A stretch of DNA of 28,888 nt from a virus (Duplodnaviria > Caudoviricetes), in the IMG/VR virus record IMGVR_UViG_3300037493_001368, positions 1 through 28,888 of that record. One strand, 5' to 3'. The notes under the pieces were generated by a model. That model was not told where the DNA came from. It saw only the letters and a program-made list of their open reading frames with translations, and did no database searches. The position numbers and the translations under genes were made by a program. This document shows positions 1 through 8,212 of the stretch, piece by piece. Position 1 is the stretch's first letter; every line of letters starts with the position of its first letter.

Positions 1-1
1 G

Positions 2-88
2 GAACTCCAGACTTACATCCAAGAACTAGAAGATTATGAAAATGGGGATTGGCATATGAATTACCTAAATGAAGGGGAAACAGAATGA
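2..88 (+). CDS. 3' end of an upstream gene (partial)
   Basis: Frame 2 is open from the window edge (ELQTYIQELEDYENG...GETE*). Its TGA overlaps the next ATG (ATGA). Confidence 0.55.
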   Translation, partial: ELQTYIQELEDYENGDWHMNYLNEGETE

Positions 89-936
89 TACAAAACTCGG
101 CAGTATTAGTAGACTTAAACCTCTCGGTGTGGACTGGTCGCAAGATGGACAAGAAAACATCCGATGAGGTAGTGGTGGCAAAGTCCGCGCATAGTAAAAA
201 TGCGGCATCGGTATCTAAACATCTTTTAGCTGGGAACGATGCACTGGCTAAGATACAGAAACACGCGGCCGCTATTAGGTCTTGGCACTACGAGCAGTCA
301 TTGCCTTGGTCTGATGGCGGGTCGCGTCTGTTACCGATGAAAGTATTCTTTGACTACAAGGCTAAGCTAGGGGAGTTTGAGCAAGAGTTCAATGACTTGG
401 TGACAGAGTTCGTTAGGCAGTATCCGCTACTGGTATCAGCGGCGGCGTTTCAGCTTGGCGATTTGTTTGACCGGAACGAATTCCCTGACGCAACAACAAT
501 CGCGGAACGTTTTAAGTTTAGGTATGTGTTTCTCCCCATCCCCGAGATGGGGGACTTCCGCGTCGACGTAGGCTCTGATATTAAGAATGAGTTGCAGTCA
601 CAGTTCGAGGGATATTACAAAGCTAAACTTGATGATGCGATGAAAGACATGTGGGATAGGTTGCATGACTGCATGAGTAAGTTGAGTGAGCGCCTAGACT
701 ACGCCGATGATAAGACGAGAAAGATATTTAGGGATACGTTGGTTAGTAATGCCCTAGACATCTGCAGTATGTTGAGTAACTTAAATGTTACTAATGACCC
801 CAAGCTTGAGGATGCACGTCGCAAACTCGAGAGCACGCTGATGGGTATAGATGCTACTGACTTACGTGAGGACTCGATACTACGTACCGATGTAAAGCGC
901 AAAGTAGACGACATACTGAAATCGTTTGACTTTTAA
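85..936 (+). CDS. DUF3150-like phage protein
   Basis: 283-aa ORF with RBS GAAGGGG. N-terminal VLVDLNLSVWTGRK and a helical C-terminus resemble DUF3150-type proteins (recognised by eye). Confidence 0.65.
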   Translation: MIQNSAVLVDLNLSVWTGRKMDKKTSDEVVVAKSAHSKNAASVSKHLLAGNDALAKIQKHAAAIRSWHYEQSLPWSDGGSRLLPMKVFFDYKAKLGEFEQEFNDLVTEFVRQYPLLVSAAAFQLGDLFDRNEFPDATTIAERFKFRYVFLPIPEMGDFRVDVGSDIKNELQSQFEGYYKAKLDDAMKDMWDRLHDCMSKLSERLDYADDKTRKIFRDTLVSNALDICSMLSNLNVTNDPKLEDARRKLESTLMGIDATDLREDSILRTDVKRKVDDILKSFDF

Positions 937-954
937 TTCGATAGGGTGTACATT
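926..954 (+). promoter_or_regulatory. putative sigma70 promoter, with the -10 inside a candidate operator
   Basis: TTGACT(926-931)-17 nt-TACATT(949-954). ACATTGTTAA at 950-959 recurs at 10890-10899. Confidence 0.45.
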
Positions 955-977
955 GTTAAGGACTGGAGAATAAGTTT

Positions 978-1160
978 ATGTTTGATTACATTGAAAGAAT
1001 ATTTGACGAGTATGGGCATGGGCTTATATTAAAGAGCATGTATGGGCTAAAGGTTGAGCCCGACCCCAACCGTGAGAAACGGGTGCAGGCAGTGATTGCA
1101 TCCATGGGAGACAAGTATTTATTGGCTAAGCCTGTGGGGAGACTAAATGGAAGAATTTAA
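978..1160 (+). CDS. hypothetical phage protein
   Basis: 60-aa ORF with GGAG upstream; overlaps the next gene. Confidence 0.6.
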   Translation: MFDYIERIFDEYGHGLILKSMYGLKVEPDPNREKRVQAVIASMGDKYLLAKPVGRLNGRI

Positions 1161-1317
1161 CGAGCGGGATTTGTTTGCGGCACTGGCTATGGTCGGCATG
1201 ATAATTAGAACACCAAGCGGTGAATGGGCTGATGATTATGTAGTTGGTAGTGCATACGAATTAGCAGACGCAATGATGAAAGAAAAGGAAAAGCGTGATG
1301 AACGAACAAGCAATTAA
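1147..1317 (+). CDS. small conserved-type phage protein (RDxFAAxAM...AYxxADAM family), not in ORF track
   Basis: Manual translation MEEFNERDLFAALAMVGMII...AYELADAMMKEKEKRDERTSN (56 aa), preceded by GGGGAG. Confidence 0.75.
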   Translation: MEEFNERDLFAALAMVGMIIRTPSGEWADDYVVGSAYELADAMMKEKEKRDERTSN

Positions 1318-1762
1318 AGAAGAACGCGAAAGAAGTGCTAGAAAGCAAGCCCAAATAGACGCCGAAGTAAACAATAACAAAGAGCTCGTGTATAACTATG
1401 TCGCCTCACGAAAAGATGTAGTGGGTAAGACTTGCGTAGAAGAATTAGGGTTCTTTGCTAAAGGCCAACGGTATCTAGAATGGCTATCCTTACGCGGGCA
1501 CTTAATTCGTATGAAGCGAGTAGTTGGGGGCAAGCGACACTATGTATATAACGCAGGAATCCCTTACATAAAACCTGTTACTGATGTATCTGTATCAGTG
1601 GAAGAGACGAGTGCAAAGGAAAAGATAGCCAGTGTTACTAGGGTGTATAACTTATTAGACCGACCTCAAGAGCCTAAAACTAAGGAAGAACGAGAGAAGC
1701 TTAGACGTTCATCTAAAAGTGTGGCTATTGGCAGTAGTATGACTATGTTCGGGAGTTGGTGA
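1298..1762 (+). CDS. hypothetical protein, possible winged-helix region
   Basis: ORF of about 154 aa with an ATG at 1298 after AAGGA; tightly packed with its neighbours. Confidence 0.65.
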   Translation: MNEQAIKEERERSARKQAQIDAEVNNNKELVYNYVASRKDVVGKTCVEELGFFAKGQRYLEWLSLRGHLIRMKRVVGGKRHYVYNAGIPYIKPVTDVSVSVEETSAKEKIASVTRVYNLLDRPQEPKTKEEREKLRRSSKSVAIGSSMTMFGSW

Positions 1763-1929
1763 TGGAAGATATTCATTATTTTAGGCTAGGGTATTACGTT
1801 AATAAAGTAGCATCCGACAATATGTCGGAAGAAGAAAAAGGTAGGGTAATAGCAGGGTATTACCTTATGCTAGATAAAGAAGCCGAACGAGATGCGAGGG
1901 ACAGAGCCAATGGCAAACGAGGTGATTGA
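1762..1929 (+). CDS. hypothetical phage protein, not in ORF track
   Basis: MEDIHYFRLGYY...GKRGD (55 aa); TGATG overlap with the upstream stop and GGGAG RBS. Confidence 0.6.
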   Translation: MEDIHYFRLGYYVNKVASDNMSEEEKGRVIAGYYLMLDKEAERDARDRANGKRGD

Positions 1930-2047
1930 GTATATTCAGTGCTACTGGATATCGTTTACATTGGGCATGGCATGCATGTTTTTAATAGGAGAATGGAATG
2001 AGCGACGGAATGACAGAAATGATAGAAGAAGAAAACGCACTAGCTAG
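1910..2047 (+). CDS. small putative membrane peptide, not in ORF track
   Basis: MANEVIEYIQCYWISFTLGMACMFLIGEWNERRNDRNDRRRKRTS (45 aa): one hydrophobic segment and a basic tail; GAGGGA upstream. Confidence 0.45.
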   Translation: MANEVIEYIQCYWISFTLGMACMFLIGEWNERRNDRNDRRRKRTS

Positions 2048-2240
2048 GCAAGTAGGTGGTAATCACTACGCTGATATGCCGATACAGCCAGTAGAGTTCA
2101 TTGTGGCCAACGAACTGGGGTTCTTAGAGGGCAACATAGTTAAGTATGTATGCCGACACCACGCAAAGAACGGTGCCGAGGATATCATGAAAGCGATACA
2201 CTACTGCGAGTTGTTGTTACAGACTAAGTATGGTGACTGA
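1998..2240 (+). CDS. DUF3310 (SaV-like) phage protein
   Basis: Motifs QVGGNHY, IQPVEFI, GFLEGNIVKYVCR, KNGAEDIMKAIHY; AGGAG RBS. Confidence 0.85.
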   Translation: MSDGMTEMIEEENALARQVGGNHYADMPIQPVEFIVANELGFLEGNIVKYVCRHHAKNGAEDIMKAIHYCELLLQTKYGD

Positions 2241-2913
2241 TATGAAAACGTGTAAGAAGTGTGGAATTAACAAACCATTACAAGCATATCCAAAGTCTAA
2301 ACGCACAATTGACGGGCATATGGGGTCATGCCAAGAATGCCGAAATGCATACGCAGTAGCATGGAGGGCAAGAGACCCAGAAAAAAACTGTGCGATTAGA
2401 GCTGAGTGGAGAGCAAAAAATCCTGATAAAGAACGCCAATATTACGATAATTGTTTAGCCCGTGAAGGTAAATCTAGACGAGTACCTAAAACTCCTGAAG
2501 AAATACGGACACGTCAAAATGAATATAACAAGAGATGGAGAAAGCAAGACAGGGCAAAACATCCTGAGAAATACAAAAGCTCACCGCGGAAGATAGAATG
2601 GCAAAAAATAGACAGGATTATGAACCCTGAAAAATACAAGGGATATGTAAAAAATTGCTACGAAAGAAACCGCCAAAAATACATAGCTAAAACAAATGCA
2701 TGGCGAGAAGCTAATAAAGAATATGTGACGGAAAAACAAAAAACATATAACAGAAATAGGGTAGATAACTTACGAGACACATACGTAAAGAACTTAATTA
2801 AAGGGAAAACAGAAATACCAATGGCAATAATACCGCAAGCACTTATAGAAGCAAAACGATTACAATTAAAAATTAGGAGAATGGCAAATGAAAACAGTAA
2901 CGCAATTACGTGA
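2230..2913 (+). CDS. zinc-finger, basic helical-repeat protein with an HNH-endonuclease-like N-terminus but no HNH core
   Basis: KTCKKC...SCQEC zinc finger and repeated WRxxxPEK-like segments. The start may be ATG 2242. Confidence 0.65.
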   Translation: MVTDMKTCKKCGINKPLQAYPKSKRTIDGHMGSCQECRNAYAVAWRARDPEKNCAIRAEWRAKNPDKERQYYDNCLAREGKSRRVPKTPEEIRTRQNEYNKRWRKQDRAKHPEKYKSSPRKIEWQKIDRIMNPEKYKGYVKNCYERNRQKYIAKTNAWREANKEYVTEKQKTYNRNRVDNLRDTYVKNLIKGKTEIPMAIIPQALIEAKRLQLKIRRMANENSNAIT

Positions 2914-3082
2914 TGAACTAGCAGAAGTATTTGACCAACTTAAACTAGGTCTTATCAAACCTAAAGAAGCAGGTGAACTTGCCAACGTAGCAGGCAAGAT
3001 GATTAACAGCGCAAAGGTACAGCTTGAATACTATGCCTTGCGTAAAGAAACCCCAACGATTGACTTCTTAAAGGGTGAATAA
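2888..3082 (+). CDS. small helical phage protein
   Basis: 64 aa (LRDELAEVFDQLK...ANVAGKMINSAKVQLEY); AGGAG upstream; overlaps the previous gene. Confidence 0.75.
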   Translation: MKTVTQLRDELAEVFDQLKLGLIKPKEAGELANVAGKMINSAKVQLEYYALRKETPTIDFLKGE

Positions 3083-3281
3083 CATGACACAAGGCGCAGG
3101 AATACCACTAACGGACGCGGAACTACGTGGCACACTAACGGCAATGCACGAGGGGTTACTAGGTATGCAGGCTAGGCTTGATGACCACCAAAAAGTAATC
3201 GAGCAGTTGATGTTGGTAATGCAGAACATGACCGCAGGCCAAGTGCCTAATGGATTTAGACAGCCTAAGAAGGTGAACTAA
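3075..3281 (+). CDS. hypothetical coiled-coil protein
   Basis: 68-aa ORF; the likely start is ATG 3084 after AAGGGTG. Confidence 0.6.
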   Translation: MNNMTQGAGIPLTDAELRGTLTAMHEGLLGMQARLDDHQKVIEQLMLVMQNMTAGQVPNGFRQPKKVN

Positions 3282-3282
3282 T

Positions 3283-3459
3283 ATGACAAACAAACGAACA
3301 ATGCCAAGATGGGTATGGTGGAAAAAGGGCGAGTGTGTAGTTGAAGTAATTAAAACAGGGCACTTCCCAACATCTATCATAGGCAAGCTACCTAGTGGTA
3401 AAGAGTCAGAGATAGACATTGACGAACTTGACATACACAACGATGGGGTGGAACTATGA
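3283..3459 (+). CDS. hypothetical phage protein, not in ORF track
   Basis: MTNKRTMPRWVWWKKGECVVEVIKTGHFPTS...GVEL (58 aa); AAGGTG RBS; ATGA overlap with the next gene. Confidence 0.65.
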   Translation: MTNKRTMPRWVWWKKGECVVEVIKTGHFPTSIIGKLPSGKESEIDIDELDIHNDGVEL

Positions 3460-3698
3460 CGTGGAATTATCGCATAGTTAAGTTTGAAGGCGCGTTTGAC
3501 GAGCCGTATTATGAAATCAAAGAAGTGTACTACAACCGAGATGGTTCTCTTATGGGGTTTTGTGATGCTACCGTAGCAAGCGAAACCTTTGAGGGCATAA
3601 TCGAAGTGCTTGACCAAATGAAAGCTGATGCACACCGCATTATAATTGATGAAGAAGAATTTTATCGGGAAGACACTAAACGAGAGGAGTTTGATTAA
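3456..3698 (+). CDS. conserved-type small phage protein (WNYR...EVYY family)
   Basis: MTWNYRIVK...IKEVYY motif; GGGGTGG upstream. Confidence 0.75.
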   Translation: MTWNYRIVKFEGAFDEPYYEIKEVYYNRDGSLMGFCDATVASETFEGIIEVLDQMKADAHRIIIDEEEFYREDTKREEFD

Positions 3699-3923
3699 AT
3701 GAAAATCACATTAGACTTAACAGACTCAACGCAGTTAGCTGAGATACTGGATGCCATAGTAGGTGCACACTTGAAGTCAAGTAGGAAGCAGATTATTGAC
3801 TGGCACTCAACCCACCCCGACGACGTGGAGTACGACACCAAAGTAATCGGAGCCTTAGATACAGTAATAGAATACTTTACAGGAGAGGATGATGACACAA
3901 CACAAATGGCACAAAGAGATTAA
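3699..3923 (+). CDS. hypothetical phage protein
   Basis: 74-aa ORF with GAGGAG RBS. Confidence 0.7.
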   Translation: MKITLDLTDSTQLAEILDAIVGAHLKSSRKQIIDWHSTHPDDVEYDTKVIGALDTVIEYFTGEDDDTTQMAQRD

Positions 3924-4167
3924 AGCGTGGGCTGATGGTGCAGAGATTGAGGCTTGTAGCGCAGGAATTTGGTTTAGTACTGATTACCCTAATTGGTGGG
4001 ATGTTCATAATGAATTCCGCATTAAACCACAACCTAAAGAGCCACAGTATATGTATGTGTATAGGATGGCAGGGCAACATAATGTTGAATTTAGATTTTG
4101 GGATACAAAAACAGATGCACCAACATATGTAGGAAAAATTAAATTGGAGAACGATGATGACATGTGA
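3889..4167 (+). CDS. hypothetical phage protein (HKWHKEIKAWADGAEIE type)
   Basis: 92-aa ORF with AGGAGAGG RBS; N-terminal motif typical of small proteobacterial phage proteins. Confidence 0.7.
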   Translation: MMTQHKWHKEIKAWADGAEIEACSAGIWFSTDYPNWWDVHNEFRIKPQPKEPQYMYVYRMAGQHNVEFRFWDTKTDAPTYVGKIKLENDDDM

Positions 4168-4372
4168 AAAAGAATGCAACCAAGGACGTGACTGCGACTG
4201 CCCTAGAACAACGGATAGAGCGACAGTAATTGTAGTAACGTTACTACTTTTGGCTATTGTTTCTATGGGATTTGGTGTATGGAAGCTTTTAAGTGGAAAC
4301 GCAGGACAGGACTGCGCTGTCGAGGTTCGCTTTCAAGACAGCACTGCCACCTATATTGGGAAGACTGTTTGA
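4154..4372 (+). CDS. small membrane protein with a Cys-rich N-terminus
   Basis: CEKECNQGRDCDC followed by the hydrophobic segment VIVVTLLLLAIVSMGFGVW; GGAG RBS. Confidence 0.7.
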   Translation: MMTCEKECNQGRDCDCPRTTDRATVIVVTLLLLAIVSMGFGVWKLLSGNAGQDCAVEVRFQDSTATYIGKTV

Positions 4373-4449
4373 TATACCAAACATTTGATATATCACTTTT
4401 TTGAGTTTAATTTTATGCGTAAGTCTACACTTTTAGTTTAGTTTTGAAC

Positions 4450-4529
4450 TAAAACCTGATACTTATAGGTAACATAACGCACAAATTGGGTAAAACTTGT
4501 TACTTATAGGCAACATAACTGACAAATTG
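4450..4529. repeat. two imperfect tandem copies with a 41-bp period, each containing an 18-bp palindrome
   Basis: TAAAACCTGATACTTATAGGTAACATAACGCACAAATTG (4450-4488) vs TAAAACTTGTTACTTATAGGCAACATAACTGACAAATTG (4491-4529), 34/39 identical. Confidence 0.85.
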
Positions 4530-4547
4530 TAAACTAGGAGAAACAGT

Positions 4548-4718
4548 ATGAAACTAGAATTGATAGGCGATTTGATTGACCAACCTGATGGTAGCGCCAT
4601 AGCCCAACTGGACGTGGACGAGGAAGGCAAGATGTATCTAATGCAGTTAGGTTTTGAATACTTGATAATACGTGGTATCGAAGCCGCTGAGAGGGAGAAA
4701 GAAAATGGCAAGCCATAA
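4548..4718 (+). CDS. hypothetical phage protein, not in ORF track
   Basis: MKLELIGDLIDQPDGSAIAQLDVDEEG...ENGKP (56 aa) with a strong AGGAG RBS. Confidence 0.75.
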   Translation: MKLELIGDLIDQPDGSAIAQLDVDEEGKMYLMQLGFEYLIIRGIEAAEREKENGKP

Positions 4719-4953
4719 CGATATAACAGGCGATGCAATCAAGAGCAGGGTAAACAGTAAAGAGTTCGAGGACAACTTCGATAACATCTTTAGAAAGAAA
4801 CCAAAAGACCCGCTGTGCAATGTGTGCGGTAAGAGCCTAGGGGATAAAGGAAATGAGTGCGCGTATACGGCATGCCCACTTAACTGGGACGAGGCCCGCG
4901 TAGATGTTATAGGACAGAACGGCCCGACGGGCGACCACTACGAGGAAACATAA
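4705..4953 (+). CDS. hypothetical phage protein with a C-terminal CxxC...C..C motif
   Basis: MASHNDITGDAIKSR...FDNIFRK; ATG 4705 follows GAGGGAG and is preferred to the track's 4672 start. Confidence 0.7.
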   Translation: MASHNDITGDAIKSRVNSKEFEDNFDNIFRKKPKDPLCNVCGKSLGDKGNECAYTACPLNWDEARVDVIGQNGPTGDHYEET

Positions 4954-5177
4954 TGGTGCTATATAAAATATCAGTGGTACATCCAACGCACGGGGAATTA
5001 CTTGCTTGGGGTACAACCACTGCAGATGCACGGAAACAAAGGCATGACATGTACAGGAAGTACGAGGCAGACATCAAGCTACATCATGTTTATATTGAGA
5101 AGATGGTGGTGCCTACAAATGACAAGGCATCGTTCGCTAGATGGATGACGGCTAACTGCACTAGGGGTAAGGTATGA
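4953..5177 (+). CDS. hypothetical phage protein
   Basis: 74-aa ORF; TAATG overlap and GAGG RBS. Confidence 0.65.
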   Translation: MVLYKISVVHPTHGELLAWGTTTADARKQRHDMYRKYEADIKLHHVYIEKMVVPTNDKASFARWMTANCTRGKV

Positions 5178-5419
5178 GCATGATTGTAGTTCATCTAGAT
5201 GATACGGGGAATATAACCTCGATACAAAGAGAGAAGGAACCACAATATATACGCGGTAATTACCCTAGTTGGCTAAGGGAACGGATAGCATTGCTTAGGA
5301 TGTTAGATGGGAAGGGTGATTTAGTACACTTGAAAGGGTTTAAAGTTAATCCGAATTACATATTTTTAGACGTAACAAAGAAAGAACTTACCGAAGTCGG
5401 TAAGCTACTAGGAACATAA
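5174..5419 (+). CDS. hypothetical phage protein
   Basis: 81-aa ORF; ATGA overlap and AGGGG RBS. Confidence 0.65.
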   Translation: MSMIVVHLDDTGNITSIQREKEPQYIRGNYPSWLRERIALLRMLDGKGDLVHLKGFKVNPNYIFLDVTKKELTEVGKLLGT

Positions 5420-5420
5420 C

Positions 5421-5723
5421 ATGGCAGTAACACCGGAAAAGAAAGTAAAACAAAAAGTAGTTAAGATTTTAGAAGAAGCGGGAGCCTATTACTTTTACCC
5501 TGTATCGGGTGGGTATGGGGCATCGGGGGTACCTGATGTAGTGGCTTGCTTCAAGAGTAAGTTTATAGGCATAGAGTGCAAAGCCGGAAAGAACGTGCCT
5601 ACTGCATTACAGCTTAAGAACCTAGCGTCTATCTCAAAGAATGGTGGGTATTCACTTATCATCAACGAGGAAAACATAGAAGACTTACAGCAGTGCATCA
5701 CAAGGATTATGGAGGGGCGATGA
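5421..5723 (+). CDS. VRR-NUC domain nuclease (PD-(D/E)XK; possible Holliday junction resolvase)
   Basis: TPEKKVK, SGVPDVVAC, FIGIECKAG, PTALQ motifs. Confidence 0.85.
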   Translation: MAVTPEKKVKQKVVKILEEAGAYYFYPVSGGYGASGVPDVVACFKSKFIGIECKAGKNVPTALQLKNLASISKNGGYSLIINEENIEDLQQCITRIMEGR

Positions 5724-5965
5724 GAACCGTAGCATTATCGGAAGGCCGTAGAGAAACTATATACATGTTTCTAAAGAAACGCGGCGCGGCTACTGCTAGA
5801 ACAGTGGCAAAAGAATTTAACATATCCCAACGAACAGCAAGTCGACATCTGTATTGGCTGTTAGAGGAAGGGTATATTGTAGTGGCTCGCTGTGAGCCTA
5901 CGAGGTTTTCAAAACACCCCGTTAATTTTTATTCATTAGTCGGAGATGACGTTCATGCACGATAA
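5720..5965 (+). CDS. winged helix-turn-helix DNA-binding protein
   Basis: ATARTVAKEFNISQRTASRHLYWLLEEGYI; ATG 5720 with GGAGGGG RBS and ATGA overlap. Confidence 0.75.
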   Translation: MRTVALSEGRRETIYMFLKKRGAATARTVAKEFNISQRTASRHLYWLLEEGYIVVARCEPTRFSKHPVNFYSLVGDDVHAR

Positions 5966-6389
5966 ATTTAGAGAAATAGTTAAAGAGTACAACGCGGATA
6001 TATGTGAAGAAGTTAGGGCATTACTAGACCGCATGGATAAATTCCCTGATGAGTTTATAGAGGATAGGCTAAACAATAAGTGGTATAGGGTTAGACAGGC
6101 TCTTGACAGTGAGGAAGATGAGTCCCCGTTTACCGTATCGGAGTACCGTGCCTTGCATAATAAACTGGCCGAACTAAAACGAAACGCACTTAGGCAATCT
6201 ATACTTAAAACAATAGTGCATGTGGTCGATGACTATGAGCTAACATACGATGACAAAAATAGTATAGAAGCAATTAAAGCTCTCCGACTGCCAACTACAG
6301 CCTCAACGCTAACGCTGGGTAAAGTGTCTCTAAGCTCCACAGAGCTTGCCATGATAAAGAAACTTGCAAAAGAAAAAAGTAGCCAATGA
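5946..6389 (+). CDS. hypothetical phage protein
   Basis: 147-aa ORF overlapping both neighbours. Confidence 0.65.
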   Translation: MTFMHDKFREIVKEYNADICEEVRALLDRMDKFPDEFIEDRLNNKWYRVRQALDSEEDESPFTVSEYRALHNKLAELKRNALRQSILKTIVHVVDDYELTYDDKNSIEAIKALRLPTTASTLTLGKVSLSSTELAMIKKLAKEKSSQ

Positions 6390-8212
6390 ACATAATCACA
6401 CTAGACTTCGAGACGTATTACGATAGGGACTGGTCATTAACTAAAGTTACCACAGAGGAGTATATCCGTAGCCATCGCTTCGAGGCTATCATGTGCGGGG
6501 TAAAGGTTAATGATGAGAAGCCCTATTGGATTACGGGCACTCGGGAAGAAATGAAATCGCAATTACAATCCCTTGACTGGGCTAACTCCGCATTACTTGC
6601 GCACAATACTATGTTTGACGGTGCGATACTCTCGTTTGTATTTGACTGCCATCCAAAAGTCTTACTAGATACATTGTGTATGGCTCGTGCATTGCATGGG
6701 GTTGAGGCTGGCGGTTCGCTTAAGGCATTGGCTGAACGCTATGAGATTGGGGTCAAGGGCAACGAAGTTATCAACGCTATGGGTAAACACCGTCTAGATT
6801 TTAGCACGGAAGAACTTGAGCGCTACGCCGAATACTGCGTCAATGACGTGGTGCTTACTTACGACCTATTCCAAATCCTAGTAGCCAAATTCCCACCCAA
6901 GGAACTCAAGGTAATTGACCTTACATTAAAGATGTTTACCGAGCCTGTGCTTGAGTTAGATGCACTGATGTTAGAGCAACACATGCGCATTGTCTGCGAC
7001 AAGAAAGCCAAGCTACTCGCGGCTTGCGAGACAGAAAAAGAAATGCTGATGTCTAACGAAAAGTTCGCAGGACTACTACGCCAATTACAGGTAGACCCCC
7101 CAATGAAGACGAGCCCAACCACGGGCAAACTAACCTATGCATTTGCTAAGAGTGACGAGGCGTTTAAAGAACTACTAGAGCATCCCGACTTACGCGTTCA
7201 AGTTTTAGTGGCAGCCAGACTCGGTAATAAATCTACTCTGGAAGAGTCTCGAACACAACGCTTCATGGGAATAGCCAACCGCGGATTGATGCCAGTACCC
7301 CTAAGATACTACGCCGCGCATACCGGACGGTGGGGTGGTGACGATAAAGTAAACCTGCAGAACCTTCCCTCACGCGGACAGAACGCAAACAAACTTAAGC
7401 TATCTATCAAAGCCCCCGAAGGTTACATCATGATTGACTGTGACTCGTCACAGATTGAAGCGCGGGTACTTGCATGGCTTGCTGAACAGGACGACTTGGT
7501 TGAAGCTTTCGCTAAGGGTGAAGATGTTTATAAGATAATGGCAAGTAGCATCTACTCTAAACCCGTAGAAGAAATAGAGACGTTCGAACGCTTCGTAGGT
7601 AAGACTACTATTCTTGGGTCAGGGTACGGCATGGGTGGAGATAAGTTTCACGGCCAACTAATTACGTCAGGTGCAGAACTAGACTTGCAAGAGTGCAAAC
7701 GCATTATCTCGGTATACCGTGCAACCTATTCGAAGATTCCAGCATTGTGGCGCCAAGCCCAACTGTGTATTGAAGCGATGATAACGGGTAGTGCATGTAC
7801 GCTAGGTCGAGAAGGTGTGATTAGGTTTGACCCCGACATGAAGGGATTCGAATTACCCAACGGTTTGTGGCAACGGTATGATACTATTAGGCAGGGCACT
7901 AACAAAGAAGGGTACCCTGAGTTTTCATACAAGACTCGTAAAGGCCAAGTTAAGTTGTACGGTGGTAAGCTTATAGAGAATATATGCCAAGCACTTGCTA
8001 GGTGCATTATTGCAGAACAGATGGCATTGATTGCTAAGAAGTATCGGGTTGTACTAACAGTTCACGATGCTATCGGTGTGATTGCGCCCGTCGCAGAAGC
8101 AAAAGAAGCGCAGGCTTACGTAGAAGAATGCATGCGTTGGGTACCGAAGTGGGCCACTGGCCTACCATTGAATTGTGAATCAGGTATAGGGGAAAGTTAT
8201 GGTGAGTGTTAA
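6386..8212 (+). CDS. polA: phage family A DNA polymerase with 3'-5' exonuclease
   Basis: ExoI LDFET, ExoII AHNTMFD, ExoIII YCVND; HTGRWGG, NLQNLP; motif A DSSQIEARVLA; motif B RFVGKTTILGSGYG; motif C TVHD. Confidence 0.95.
   Translation: MNIITLDFETYYDRDWSLTKVTTEEYIRSHRFEAIMCGVKVNDEKPYWITGTREEMKSQLQSLDWANSALLAHNTMFDGAILSFVFDCHPKVLLDTLCMARALHGVEAGGSLKALAERYEIGVKGNEVINAMGKHRLDFSTEELERYAEYCVNDVVLTYDLFQILVAKFPPKELKVIDLTLKMFTEPVLELDALMLEQHMRIVCDKKAKLLAACETEKEMLMSNEKFAGLLRQLQVDPPMKTSPTTGKLTYAFAKSDEAFKELLEHPDLRVQVLVAARLGNKSTLEESRTQRFMGIANRGLMPVPLRYYAAHTGRWGGDDKVNLQNLPSRGQNANKLKLSIKAPEGYIMIDCDSSQIEARVLAWLAEQDDLVEAFAKGEDVYKIMASSIYSKPVEEIETFERFVGKTTILGSGYGMGGDKFHGQLITSGAELDLQECKRIISVYRATYSKIPALWRQAQLCIEAMITGSACTLGREGVIRFDPDMKGFELPNGLWQRYDTIRQGTNKEGYPEFSYKTRKGQVKLYGGKLIENICQALARCIIAEQMALIAKKYRVVLTVHDAIGVIAPVAEAKEAQAYVEECMRWVPKWATGLPLNCESGIGESYGEC

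Noticed and set aside
4450-4529. Tandem repeat as a mini-CRISPR array
   Set aside because: Only two abutting copies with no unique spacer of CRISPR length.
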